Program-made: the position numbers and the translations under genes
Notes under the pieces: model-generated
What the model was told of the DNA's origin: nothing
What the model saw: only the letters and a program-made list of their open reading frames with translations
The model's database searches: none
Part shown: piece by piece, positions 43,738 through 55,663 of the stretch
Position numbering within the stretch: the stretch's first letter is position 1
Layout of the letters: each line of letters begins with the position of its first letter
DNA from: Histomonas meleagridis 2922-C6/04-290x
Lineage: Eukaryota > Protista > Parabasalia
Direction of reading: 5' to 3'
NCBI GenBank assembly: GCA_020184695.1
Contig: JAANOX010000069.1
Location: 62,001-126,000 of the forward strand
Length of the DNA: 64,000 nucleotides

Positions 43738-46219
43738 ATGTTTTTCTTCTGGTTTTCTTACTTAATATTCTCTTTAGATCAAACGCAACTTTACATGTAC
43801 TACACTGAATCGGATATACCAGAAGATTCCTTTTCAGTTCCATTACCACAAAGTTTTTTAAATTGGTCCAAAAGAGAAGGTTGCACTTCAACTCCAAGTT
43901 CTGATGGCCAAACACTTATAGCACCACCTGGTACCACATCTACACTTGCATATTATTTTTCTTATCGTGTAAATCAATTTCCAACTGGAAAGCGCTATAT
44001 ATATGTTCGTACTACATGCAATGCAGCCAGCAGCAACAACAACGAAGCTGCACTCTGTTATGTTGATATCACGCAATCAAATCCTCGTATTGTTTATCGT
44101 TATGGCGCCAATTCCAATATTGGTACATCTACGATATATCAACTCAGTCAACCTGCACCCAACGAAAGTGTTTCATTAACCATTTATATGATGAATCAAG
44201 ATCCAACTCGAGATGCCGTCTTTCTTCTTCCCAAAGTTGAATTTTTCAACCAAATCATTAATCCTCAGGAGATTCCAGTTACATCTGAACCCATCACAAG
44301 CTTATGTACACGCTATATTGGCCATGTTCCATATCATAGTAATGATCCAAAACTTCGATTATATTCACTTAGTCTTCAAAATCCACATTTATTTCCGACA
44401 AAATTCTCAACGCCCAATTATGCCTTTTCAAATTCTGCTGGCTCTATTGCGCAAGTCCCAATCATTGCTAATGGCAGTCATATCATTGGCATTGATCTTT
44501 ATGCGTTTGATTTTATGCACCTATGGAAAATCGAAGAAATCGAAGATTCAAATGGAACCAAGACAACGCATTTTTCTATGCATATCGAGGTCACTAACAC
44601 GAATGGATTTAATATCTCACTATTAGTTTTAGAGCAAGCGTCATCGAGTTGGCTTGACGCACTTGAGAAGTGGCATTTGCATTTCTCTGATATATACTCA
44701 ACGCAACCAGGAGGTCAAGGGCTATGGGCAGCGTTTCCGCAATTGCAATCGATTTTCCCGAATAGTACTGATGACCGCGATGTTTATGGAGTCCAATTCC
44801 AATGGGGTGCATCGTGGAATCAAGTTAAGCAATATTTGAAGTCATATATTTACATTGAGCCGACAATGATACATGTATCGATTCCGTATAATGAAGAAAC
44901 AGTAATTTCCGATTTACAAAATTGCGCTAACGATAAGAATAATTCACAATATCTGAAATGCGCTGCAATTTTAGAAGAAGGAAATCGAAATGTAAATGGA
45001 GAAATTGTTATTGAAGCTGAAAACGCTTCTTGGAATGTCGGACTGAAATCTTATGTTATTCTGGAAGGGAAATCTTATGATTATTATATCCCTGGTTTAG
45101 ATAACTCAATAGCTAATTACGTTAACAACAACATAAGTTTCGATGGTATAGCTATCGATTCTTTCAGTGGCGGTTATCGGATTACTTATATATCAAATGA
45201 TAATAGAGTCGCGTTGTCTGATATACCTTATTATCTGTACGATGAAAATGCTCAGAAATCATTCATCCCAACGATAGTTAACTTCCTCAGAATTTATAAA
45301 CGTTATTTGAACGTATCGTCAGGGGGGTTCATGGGGAATACCCAATTTTACCCCACCTCAATTATCAAGATTCATCGCAAGCTCAGGTTATGAAGTCGGT
45401 TTCGTCCCCGCCGCAGATGGACATTTGAAATACTCAAAAACAACAAGAGATAACTTTTGGAAACAAAGATTTACTTCTGGATCTAGACCAATTAGCACAC
45501 TAGAAAATACACCACGTGAAAACTCATTCAAGTATATGGAAGAATATTTCTCTCTTCTTCTTTCTTTTGGTGGTGCTGCTTCTTATTTCTCATATAATGC
45601 TGCACAAAAAAACTTTTGGTCAGCTGAATGTAAACAAGAAATATTCGACACAAGAGAACACTTTGAGCGTTGGACTCCGGTCCTTCGTGCTGTTCTTAAT
45701 GACACTGTTTTTTATGCAAATCAATACGAAATGGTCGAAATGGAACTACCACCAGATCAACAGGTTCCACCTCTTGATAACACAACAAGTCGTGAGACTA
45801 TAGAAATGTCAGATAAAACGATGTTTTGTGATAAGATAAAAAATGGCAAACAATCAAATTGTTATCTTGTCGTTTTGTTGGCTTACAACGGTGAATATTC
45901 TGGTAGCGATTTCCGGAGACTCGCAAAAGTGAAGTTCAACGCCAAAAATAATTCAAATTCATATGAATGCTTCTTTGTGTCAAATGACATGTCATGCAAA
46001 CCCCAAGGCGATGGAGAGTTTGAGCTTGAAATAAAAGGGCTACCAAAGTACCACCAGTATCGAGTTGCTGTTATAAGATTCAAATTGGGAGAAAGCGCAA
46101 TGAACCCAATTGGCGTCGCTGTGTTGGTAGTTGGAAGTGTAATCCTAGGAGTGGGAGTTGTGCTTGTTGCCGGATTGTGTTACCGCAGAAAGAAAGAGAA
46201 CGATGAATTTGCTAATTGA
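43738..46219 (+). CDS. Type I membrane protein with a probable carbohydrate-active-enzyme-like ectodomain, split by one +1 frameshift
   Basis: Signal-like N-terminus MFFFWFSYLIFSL. ORF1 (frame 1) overlaps an open frame 2 (…PPQLSRFIASSGYEVGF…) that leads into ORF 45425..46219, which has a C-terminal TM and a basic tail. Confidence 0.7.
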
Positions 46220-46619
46220 ATAGTTTACACATATGTTAAATGTTGTTTGTAGATAATTTTGATATCAAATGCTATAAGTAATTTATAGTATAATATTTTG
46301 TAAATTTAAAGATTGGAATTCGAGGTGAATAACTATTTCTCAAGCATAAAATGTTTTAATGATGTTTTTTAGTTTTTCAATAATTTGATATTTCATATAA
46401 ATTATTTATGCAATATTATCAAAAGGATATAGGCATGTAACTTTCCTTATCATAGAAATTCATATTTTTTCAAAACTCAACATTGGTGTATAGGAAAGTG
46501 ATAACAGGAATATTTTATTTTCATTTGCATTTCATGGAACAAAAGGATATTCAATTGTTGGAGAAAATTATATCAAAGCTAAATGATGGATAACATTAAT
46601 TTTGAAGAAACACTGTGTT

Positions 46620-47460
46620 AGTTCAACTCTTAATCATTTTGATGAAAACTTTTCTTATTCGTTTCATCTTATAGGTGGGACACATTCAGTAACTTTCTCT
46701 ATGAAAAACATTGATATACATTTTCTGTGTTCGGTATTTGTAATAATGTTAACATTAATAATAATCGATAACGTAATGCTGATGATGATTGAACTTCTGT
46801 TGTAGTATTTAATGCATTAAGTAATTTAGTTGTAACTGAAGGATTTGGAAACTTTTGAATATATGTACGTAATGAACGAAGTGCCTTTTTCTAGAAATTA
46901 ATTTTTTGTTCGATAAATGATAATAACATTCTATAAAACACATTTCGATATATTTCTGATATATATGACATTAAAGCTAATGCGATATCCATTAATGCAC
47001 ATGCAATGCTAATTTGTGATGGATTACCAGCTAAGACTAAAATCTTATTACGAATTAATGAGCCGAAAAATGCATTAACGGAATTTTGATCCATTAATGA
47101 AGCAACAACAGATATTGCCGGAATTACACATGATGCAGTGGATGGATCAACAGAAGCATTAGCTAATGAAATTAACATTTGTTCATGTCGATCAGTATAT
47201 GGAGCAATATAGCATATAGTATTATTTTACAAATCGGTCGATATAATTCTAATTTGATTTCTTCAAATCGATTTAATACTAAGTCAACAAACCCTGAAAT
47301 ATCAGTTAAATTCGATGTGCAACAATTTGGTATAACATTCCATAAGTTTTGCCATAATATTCATGATGGATCTTGTCGTAAGTTTTCATACATTTCTTCT
47401 TCAATAGGTAATAAATAATTAAATGTGATTCATTATTCTTTGTACCGTAAATAATTAAAT
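46620..47460 (-). pseudogene. Decayed helical-protein gene (several stops and a frameshift)
   Basis: Protein-like frame continues across stop codons on both sides of ORF 46891..47178. Confidence 0.4.
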
Positions 47461-47584
47461 AAGACCGAAGATTCCCAAACTCTACAAAAATATTAGATGA
47501 TGTTATATACCAAAAACAAAAAACACAATACTAAAAATGATTTACATTTAGAACTGAGTATATTTTATTATTTATTTTTCAAAA

Positions 47585-49405
47585 TTACATTTGCTCAATG
47601 AATTTTTCTTCTTTGAAGTCATCTGCAAAAGGATCTTCTTCAATATTTGAGATAGACATTCCCGTTGTGAATGTGTTTGTGGTTTGGTTTTCATTTTGTT
47701 GTTCTGAAGTTTCATTTTCATCAATTTCTTCTTTTTTATTTTTAATTCGAATCAATAATATAATTAGTAATGAAATTATAATAATAACAACAATAACGCA
47801 AACGATTATTATGATAATTGTTATTTTATTATCATTTGTTTGAAATTCATTGTTATAAATAAATGTAAAGAAGTTCGAATAATAAATATAATAAGTTGAA
47901 TAAATAATAACTGTGTAATCATAATATATAAATTCTGTTTCAATATAAATATTCGATGAATTAATTGTAAATAGTGAAAGTGATTTTGTTTGTATTTCAT
48001 AATAAGTAAATGAATATGTAAATGATAATGTGATCGTTAATAGATATGAAAAAGATTTCGTTATATCATTTTGAATTGATTCAGTAAATGTATTCGATTT
48101 TGAAAATGTATTAATACTGAATGTATGCATTTGAGAAAATGTACTTGAGACAGAATATGTGTGACTTTGATTGAATGTATTTAACTGAGAATATGTGTTA
48201 CTTCGACTGAATGTGTGTGATGATGAAAATGATAGTGTTGCAATTGGATTGCAATTTCCTTCTGCATATGTATTGCTAACATTTAATTTTCCAAAGTTAC
48301 TTCCTATATATGTTGGATATGTGATAACATTCGTTGTAACATTATAAAATGCACTTTCTCCAATAACTGGTTCTGTATAACCATAATAATAAATGCATTC
48401 AAGTGCATTACAATTACCAAATGCTGATCCTCCAATTTCTTTTATTCCATACCCAAGTGTTAACACCCCCAAATTAGGACATGATGAAAATGCTGAACTA
48501 CCAATCGATGTGACTGAATTTGGAATTGTAATGTTTTTGATTGATGGACATGATGAAAATGCTCCACCACCAATCATTGCAACATTTTCTCCAAAAATAA
48601 TCGTTTCTAAATTAGAACATGATGAAAACACATAATTCCCAATATCTGTTGTAGAATTACCAAAATTAACTGAATTAACTGATGGCCATTCTGAAAATGG
48701 ATTATTTGGAATGAAATAAATTCCTTCACTGATATTTATAAATTTCGTGGTAATTTTATATTGTTCAATTTCACTAAAATCATTTGAGTTTGTTATTGTT
48801 AATGTTGAAGTATTATCATAAATTATTTGAAAAGAATTTATGAAAAATATAAAAAAAATTATAACATTTTTATGTTTTTTCTTTTCGTTTGTTTTCAATT
48901 TGTTAAGTAAGAATTTAATTTCATAACATAAAGAAAATCCCAAAATAAAAAAGTAACAAATTAGAGCTTGAACATTTTCATTGAATTTGAACATTTTCTT
49001 TATGAAACTATTATTCATTTGCATTGATAAATGTGCTTTTAATGAAAAATGATTAAACACTAAAGAAAAAAATTTGAAACAATGTTTAACATATGAAATC
49101 GGTAATTCTAGCAAAGGGGAATTAAAATGATATCTTCTTGTGCTTATATTAAATGGATTCGATTCATTATCTTTTAGCATAAGAAAATTGGTGACTTTGA
49201 TGGACACGTTCTTTTTATTAAGGCACGAGAATGTAAAGTATGCATCCCACTTGGATTTCAAAGTAAGGCAAGGAGAGCACTGGAGAGTTTGAGAAATAGA
49301 TAATTGATCACTAAAAATCTTTGAGCCTAAGTTTTTTGGTGAGGTTTGTAATAAACAAAAGAAATGTATGGGAAAAACCAAGATGAAATAGCGCATCCGT
49401 GTCAA
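47585..49405 (-). CDS. BspA-type LRR surface protein with Ser/Thr stalk, TM helix and acidic tail
   Basis: TpLRR repeats (ITIPNSVTSIGSSAFSSCPNL), TFSxSNT stalk, TM IIIIIVCVIVVIIIISLLIILLI and tail EEDPFADDF. The start is uncertain. Confidence 0.8.
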   Translation of the reverse strand: MTRMRYFILVFPIHFFCLLQTSPKNLGSKIFSDQLSISQTLQCSPCLTLKSKWDAYFTFSCLNKKNVSIKVTNFLMLKDNESNPFNISTRRYHFNSPLLELPISYVKHCFKFFSLVFNHFSLKAHLSMQMNNSFIKKMFKFNENVQALICYFFILGFSLCYEIKFLLNKLKTNEKKKHKNVIIFFIFFINSFQIIYDNTSTLTITNSNDFSEIEQYKITTKFINISEGIYFIPNNPFSEWPSVNSVNFGNSTTDIGNYVFSSCSNLETIIFGENVAMIGGGAFSSCPSIKNITIPNSVTSIGSSAFSSCPNLGVLTLGYGIKEIGGSAFGNCNALECIYYYGYTEPVIGESAFYNVTTNVITYPTYIGSNFGKLNVSNTYAEGNCNPIATLSFSSSHTFSRSNTYSQLNTFNQSHTYSVSSTFSQMHTFSINTFSKSNTFTESIQNDITKSFSYLLTITLSFTYSFTYYEIQTKSLSLFTINSSNIYIETEFIYYDYTVIIYSTYYIYYSNFFTFIYNNEFQTNDNKITIIIIIVCVIVVIIIISLLIILLIRIKNKKEEIDENETSEQQNENQTTNTFTTGMSISNIEEDPFADDFKEEKFIEQM

Positions 49406-49995
49406 AACTTGCGAAACTTGCTAATAAATCAGAAGCTTCAACCGCTTCTTCTTTTCGTCAGTTCATTTGTATAACTTTTACCGAAACGCGTTTTATTGTT
49501 TTTGCGATCGGAAGATGTTCACAAAGCTGAAACGTAATGATTTTTATGAAAAGTGACATAAAGTTCCCTTATTTAAATTGTAGAAGAAGACAAAAAAATG
49601 AAACAAAGAAAATGATATCGCTTAGCATCAAAGGAAATCCATGGATTTTTTCGAGCGCTCAAAAAGTTTGTTTCAACACAATTAACAGATTGAATTTTTC
49701 AATTTAAATAACCGCCAAGAGGACGATGGGCAATTGATCAATTATCTAACACTTTTTATAACGTTAAGAAAAAATTCTGTATGTAATCTCATTCATGCGA
49801 TAATAAGCAGGAAATCAAAAGAAAAAAGTAAATTTTCTGCATTAGTAAAAAATTATTAAACTTAAGCAAGTTATATTAGATATAATACAAGAAAATTGAA
49901 CATACAATGAAATTATTTGAAATATTCCATGTTCATTTAGTAAGAAAGGACTTTTTCAAAAGGAGCACGTTACACTTGAGCAAAACCGGCCGTCA

Positions 49996-50020
49996 CTTTT
50001 TGGCGGTTATGGCTGGCCTT
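49996..50020 (+). promoter_or_regulatory. Ribosomal-protein core promoter motif (Inr TCACT + M3/M5-like)
   Basis: ctttttggcggttatggctggcctt lies 7 nt before the RPLP2 ATG and matches the RPS3 motif. Confidence 0.65.
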
Positions 50021-50027
50021 AATTTAA

Positions 50028-50342
50028 ATGAAATATATTGCTGCATATCTCCTTGCCCAAGCCGGCGGCGATGCTTCCCCATCCAAAGAAAAGATCACAG
50101 CAATTCTCGAAAGCGTTGGAATTCAAGTTGATGCAAAAGCAATTGATGCTCTTCTCGAAAAATTAAACGGAAAGAACATCGAAGAACTCATCAAGGAAGG
50201 TTCATCCAAACTCGCTGTTGTCGGAGGTGGTGCCGCTGCTCCAGCTGCTGCTGCAACAACAGAAGAAAAGAAGGAAGAAGAAAAGAAGGAAGAAGAAGAA
50301 GTTGTTGAATTGGCAGGTGGTTTCGATGACCTCTTTGATTAA
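50028..50342 (+). CDS. RPLP2: 60S acidic ribosomal protein P2
   Basis: [10 protein letters not shown] start, Ala-rich hinge and GGFDDLFD C-terminus. Confidence 0.96.
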   Translation: MKYIAAYLLAQAGGDASPSKEKITAILESVGIQVDAKAIDALLEKLNGKNIEELIKEGSSKLAVVGGGAAAPAAAATTEEKKEEEKKEEEEVVELAGGFDDLFD

Positions 50343-50676
50343 ATTTCTTAAACACGCAATCCAGCTGTAATTTTTTTTTCATCTTTTAATTCAAATAGCA
50401 ATATAATTACACACCTTACCAATTTATTTTTGGTTTAAGAAAGTAAGAGAAAGGAAATCTTTGCTAACCAAAGAAAATTTATAATCAACTGATTAATTTA
50501 AATTTAATTTTTTTTTGAATCACTCAAAACACACATTTCTTAAACACAAACAACTTGATTCCATATGTCCTTTATGTTAAATATGCAAATAATTTGCTTA
50601 ATGATAGTTTTTATTTTTCATGTTCGATTCCTCATTTGGATGACACTTTTTTGTTCCCAAGAGGAAGGACCAATTT

Positions 50677-51570
50677 ATGATACGAGTTCCTTTTGATGAG
50701 GAACAATACAAAGCAACTTCTGACTATTCGGATATCGAAATTGAAAGCTGTAGCGAAAATACAGAAATTGAAAATAATAAATTTATTTATCTTCAAAATA
50801 TGTTAACAGATTCAAAAAATAGCACATTAAAAGCAAGTTCAATACCTCTTAAAGATAAAGAAAATATTATTTTTATTAGAACCGCAGTTGTTGATTGGCT
50901 CTATCGTGTTCAAATCAAAGTAAATTTTAGCAGAGAAACTCTCTATAGTTCTATTGCTATCTATGACAGAGTGCTTCTTAGCATTCACGTGACTCGAAAA
51001 GATGCTCAACTTTATGCGGCCACATCACTTTGGATATCTGCTAAACTCGAAGAAACCATATACAAAGACATATCTATTTTCACCACCATTGCCAACAACA
51101 AACTTACAGCGGATCAACTTCGTTCCACAGAACTCAACATATTTTCATCCATTGGGATGAAACTTAACTTTCCAACATCTCAACTATTTATCACTTGTAT
51201 CATCACACGTTTTGAGTTACAAAATATAGAAAAATTTTGTTATTTTTTTCTCGATGCATCATTAACATCTCTTGGTCTAATAGAGGTGCCAAGTTACATT
51301 GTTGCAGCTGGTGCTGCTGCACTTGGCTCTGCTTCTGTTGGAAATAATATTCCTCTTGAAAGTTTGTTTGCTTTTCTAGGGTTTTTTAGTGATAATGAAA
51401 AAGAATTATTCCAAAGCGTTGTGAAAAAGATAATTAATTTGGCTGTAAACATTGTTAAATGGGGAAATGGCGGAATATTCGAATATTATTCAAAGGATGG
51501 GAAAGAAAAACTGAGAGAAATAGTGAAAAGAGCAGCGAAAGAATTCGGAATTGACAAAGTAAATGTTTGA
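50677..51570 (+). CDS. Cyclin (N-terminal cyclin box)
   Basis: RTAVVDWL...ETLYSSIAIYDRVL...QLYAATSLWISAKLEE...ELNIF. Confidence 0.88.
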   Translation: MIRVPFDEEQYKATSDYSDIEIESCSENTEIENNKFIYLQNMLTDSKNSTLKASSIPLKDKENIIFIRTAVVDWLYRVQIKVNFSRETLYSSIAIYDRVLLSIHVTRKDAQLYAATSLWISAKLEETIYKDISIFTTIANNKLTADQLRSTELNIFSSIGMKLNFPTSQLFITCIITRFELQNIEKFCYFFLDASLTSLGLIEVPSYIVAAGAAALGSASVGNNIPLESLFAFLGFFSDNEKELFQSVVKKIINLAVNIVKWGNGGIFEYYSKDGKEKLREIVKRAAKEFGIDKVNV

Positions 51571-52208
51571 TTTAGTGTTTTATTTTTATGTTTTATCCGA
51601 AATTTCTATGGCAAGTGTTTCAGCCAATTGCGCTTTGAATTTTTTTGGGGTTACAAAACGATCGAATCATAACTCAAAATATTCTATCGTTCCTTCTGAT
51701 TTAAGGGCGTCCTTATTAACGGTCGTTTTTGAAATATTTGAAACCAAATGTTTAGAACGATAGGAAACAATCCCACTTTTTCAAAGGAATTTGTATTCTT
51801 TCAATTTGATTTTGAATAAAAATATAAATGACGCCTATTTTAAATGAAAATAGAAAATAAAAAACGGTTTGGCAAAATACAGTCCGATTAAAAAACATTA
51901 AAAAAGTTTTGTTGGTAAATATTTCGTATATTAAGGTTCAACTTGTTTGTTATTAATATAACTAAAAAGATATGAATGTTTTATTCTCATTGCTGTTTGG
52001 TTACTGGGAGTAATATTTTTTCCCCAATTTTGCATTTATATACTAATTATATAATGGTTTTGAAATATTTTTATCGGAAATTTAAAATATATGCCTTAAA
52101 ATTAGCATTTAAATATTTTCTAACATTAAAAATATGAAAACATTTTTCATATCAAATGTCCGAATCTATGGTTTGCTACATATCTATTGTTTGTCATTTG
52201 GGTTGTTT

Positions 52209-54383
52209 ATGTTATTTCAGAATACGAATGGATGGGAAAAACTCCAATCAATGAAACAAATAATTTTTGGTTTAAAACATGGTAATGTTTCTCAATCTGT
52301 ACAGTTGGTCATTGATATATTTGATGAAACTTATTTATACTCATTTAACCAAACTATTAGTCAAATGATATTTTTATCATTTGTTATTAGAAAATGTGAT
52401 GTTAACATATGTTTAGATTTTATCAATAAAATTCAACAATATGAAGAAAGTATGTTTCATTGTGATTCCAAGATATTAGATGTATTTCTACAATTGATTA
52501 TTAATAATTATTATTATAAATTTGCTATGGAATCATATTATCTTATTGAAAATATGATCGAACAAAATATAATTGAACCAAAGATTATTATAAAAAAAAG
52601 ATTACTTTATTTTATGCATTATGAGAAAGATGAAGAAAAATTAAATAAATTGTTTGAATTGAATGAAAAAAAATTAATTGATAACCTTAACATTAGTGAC
52701 CTTAAAAAGAATGATTGGGAATTGCATAAGACATTAATTATAGAAGGACATAATCCAAATGAAATTGCAAAAATAATTCGAAACGATGAAATAGAAAAAC
52801 TTCAAGAAATATCATCACAAACAAATTTTGATTTTAATCAAAAAATTAAACCATCACTTTATGAAATATGTTCATTTATTAATCAAAAGAATGTTACATT
52901 AATTGATTATGCAGCATTTTTTTCTTCAGTTAAATGTTTTAAATATTTACTTATAAATAATGCAAAAGTAGAAAACGCAGGCAAATATGCAGTTGCAGGT
53001 GGAAATGAAGAAATTATTCATTTGTGTGAACAAAATCATTCATCATTTGAATATGCTTATGAAGCAGCGATTATGTTTCATCAAAATGAGATCTTTAAAT
53101 ATATTTATGAAAATAAAATTAATGAAATAGATTTTGATATGATGGGAAAGGAATGTATTGAATACCATAATTATGAAATTTTTTCATTTTTAGAAAAAGA
53201 AGGAATGAAAATTAATGAATCTATTATTAATGAATCAGCGAGAAATGGAAATATATTTCTTACAAAATACTTAATTAAAGAAAATCCATTTCCAAAAAAT
53301 ATATTAGTTTATTCAACCGAATCAGGAAATATTGAGCATGTTAATTATATATTAGATAGAAAAGGTTTTGATATTAATGCTGTAAACATGTTTTTGTTTT
53401 ATTTAAAACTTGTTTTTTAATTTTCAAATTTCAAAATAATATTTGGAAATTATTTAAATTATTTTTGACAGCACTTATGTTTGCATCAATAAATGGTCAT
53501 GTAGATATAGCTAAATTACTTCTTGAACAAAAAGGAATTGATATTAATGCTGTAAACATGTTTTTGTTTTATTTAAAACTTGTTTTTTAATTTTCAAATT
53601 TCAAAATAATATTTGGAAATTATTTAAATTATTTTTGACAGCACTTATGTTTGCATCAATAAAGGGTAATGTAGATATAGCTAAATTACTTCTTGAACAA
53701 AAAGGAATTGATATTAATGCTAAATATATTCATTTGTTTTGTTTATTATTTATTTTAATAATTTGGTCTTTCGAAATTATATTTGGAAATTATTTAAAGT
53801 ATTTAAAACTGCACTTATTTGGGGATCTTATAGCGGTCATAAAGAAATCGTTAAATTACTTCTTGAACAAAAAGGAATTGATATTAATGCTAAAGGTATT
53901 CATTTATTTTATTTAAAATTTATTTTAATAATTTGGTCTTTCGAAATTATATTTGGAAATTATTTAAATTATTTTATACAGCACTCATGAATGCACACAA
54001 AAGCAGTATAGTAAAACTACTTCTTAACCAAAAAGAAATTGATGTTAATGCAAAAAATGTTTAATTATTTTAAATAATATCTATTTTAATAATTTTATAT
54101 TTCAAAATAATATTTGGATATTATTTAAATCATTTCAAACTGCTCTTATAATAGCATCTTGCATTAATGAAATAAAAAAAGTTAAATTACTACTTGAACA
54201 AGAAGAAATTGATATTAATGTTGAAGATATTCATTTGTTTTATTTGAAATTTATTTCAATAATTTTATATTTCAAAACAATATTTGGAAACAATACAAAT
54301 TATTTCAAACAGCACTTTTTGTTGCATCGCGAGAAGTAGCTAAATTGATTCAACAAAAAATTAACGAATCCATAAATCACTGA
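52209..54383 (+). CDS. DUF3447-like + ankyrin-repeat protein (locus B, paralog of locus A), interrupted by 24 x 17-nt elements; reconstructed 588 aa
   Basis: It has the same DUF3447-like block as locus A. Removing 24x17 nt from ATG 52209 to TGA 54381-54383 gives 1767 nt in frame. An upstream ATG at 52134 is also possible. Confidence 0.85.
53388..54308 (+). other. Six 80-nt cassettes of four 17-nt elements with 3-nt micro-exons
   Basis: Cassettes at 53388-53467, 53558-53637, 53728-53807, 53898-53977, 54059-54138 and 54229-54308. Retained triplets give KQGL, KQGL, IGGK, KGGY, NYGQ and EYGQ. Confidence 0.85.
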
Positions 54384-54459
54384 ATTTAAAGATATTATTA
54401 AATAAATAAAATAATCACAATGTATACATATATAAATAAAATCATTAATTATCTCAAGA

Positions 54460-54464
<5 letters not shown>

Positions 54465-54506
<42 letters not shown>
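54465..54506. repeat. (TA)21 microsatellite
   Basis: Read directly from the sequence. Confidence 0.95.
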
Positions 54507-54508
<2 letters not shown>

Positions 54509-54789
54509 TATAGATAGAAACACTTGATTAATTTGATTAATTTTGGATATCAAAACTACAATTTTCATTTTCCTAATTTAAACGTTTACTCAATAAATTT
54601 GTGGTCTGTTGCCATTAGGTTCGAAATTAATTTTAACAACAATTAATATAATAAATTTTGATTCTTGACTTTACTTTCCGATTGAATTGAAAAATTATAT
54701 TTCTAAATGTAGGAATTTTGTTGGAAATAAAGTAAAATAATTGTGCCAGATGAGAAGCCGTTTAATAATACGTTAGCTGAATCAAGAAA

Positions 54790-55596
54790 ATGTCTGTGAA
54801 TTGTGTCTCTTTGCCAACTGATATAGATTCAGATTCCACAGACAGTGACTTTGTTCCACCTCCAAGACACATGTCTCCAAGAAAAATAAAAAATCCACAT
54901 ACTGAAGAATCACATGATGAGATGGAAAATGATAAAGATTTACAACCATTAAGTGGTGACTTAACGCATTTAGGTTTACCACCTTTAGCGCTTGACAGCG
55001 ATCCTTTTCTTTCTCCTATTAAAGATGCAATCACTTGTAATGTTAAAAGACATCGAATTTGGATAAAAGGAATTAAAGGTGAAAAATATTCAATTTCAAC
55101 ACAGGGAGAGACGTTGTTAGTTGCCAAAAGAAAAATGAAGTACATGAAAAAAACATGGTTTATTTCCAAATCAATGAACTTTTCATTAGACACTCCAGAC
55201 CTTGCAGGTATTCTTGTCAAGCAACGAACAGGAATTTCGTTTACGTTAATAAGTCCTCGAGCACGACAAACAGATTCTTTTCGTCAAATTCTCGGAGGAA
55301 TTGATCTTGAGAAACCAAGAAAAGTTATCCTTGCACAAGATTTATGGCTACCGCCTGATGAGGATGATATATTTAGTGTAACTCTTGAAGATGGAAAGTA
55401 TATGTATCTTCATTCTGTAGGTCAAAATTATCAAATTCAATCAGTAAAAAACGGATCTTTTAGCCCAACAAACGATGCAAGCAACATATGTTTTAGAGCA
55501 GAAAAAGGAGCTGATGAAACACTTACGGTTGATGCAAAAGCGCCATTAAGTCTTGTCCAAGTATTTGGAATATCATTGTCTTTATTTCTTCAATAA
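54790..55596 (+). CDS. Tubby C-terminal-like domain protein
   Basis: C-terminal SVKNGSF...FRAEKG..TLTVDAKAPLSLVQVFGISLS resembles the Tub-family SVKNFQ...PLSxxQAFAI pattern. Confidence 0.65.
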   Translation: MSVNCVSLPTDIDSDSTDSDFVPPPRHMSPRKIKNPHTEESHDEMENDKDLQPLSGDLTHLGLPPLALDSDPFLSPIKDAITCNVKRHRIWIKGIKGEKYSISTQGETLLVAKRKMKYMKKTWFISKSMNFSLDTPDLAGILVKQRTGISFTLISPRARQTDSFRQILGGIDLEKPRKVILAQDLWLPPDEDDIFSVTLEDGKYMYLHSVGQNYQIQSVKNGSFSPTNDASNICFRAEKGADETLTVDAKAPLSLVQVFGISLSLFLQ

Positions 55597-55663
55597 AATT
55601 TAATTTGTTTTATGTATCATATGTATCTTCAGGTGGTACAAAAATAGTTTAGCTACTTCTGAA

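Noticed and set aside
53896-53981. Canonical GT-AG intron reading of a whole cassette (gtattc...atacag)
   Set aside because: It works only in this cassette, because most others lack a GT at this position. It would delete the whole hairpin plus the conserved Thr, and it does not explain the 20-nt periodicity or the GGA micro-exon.
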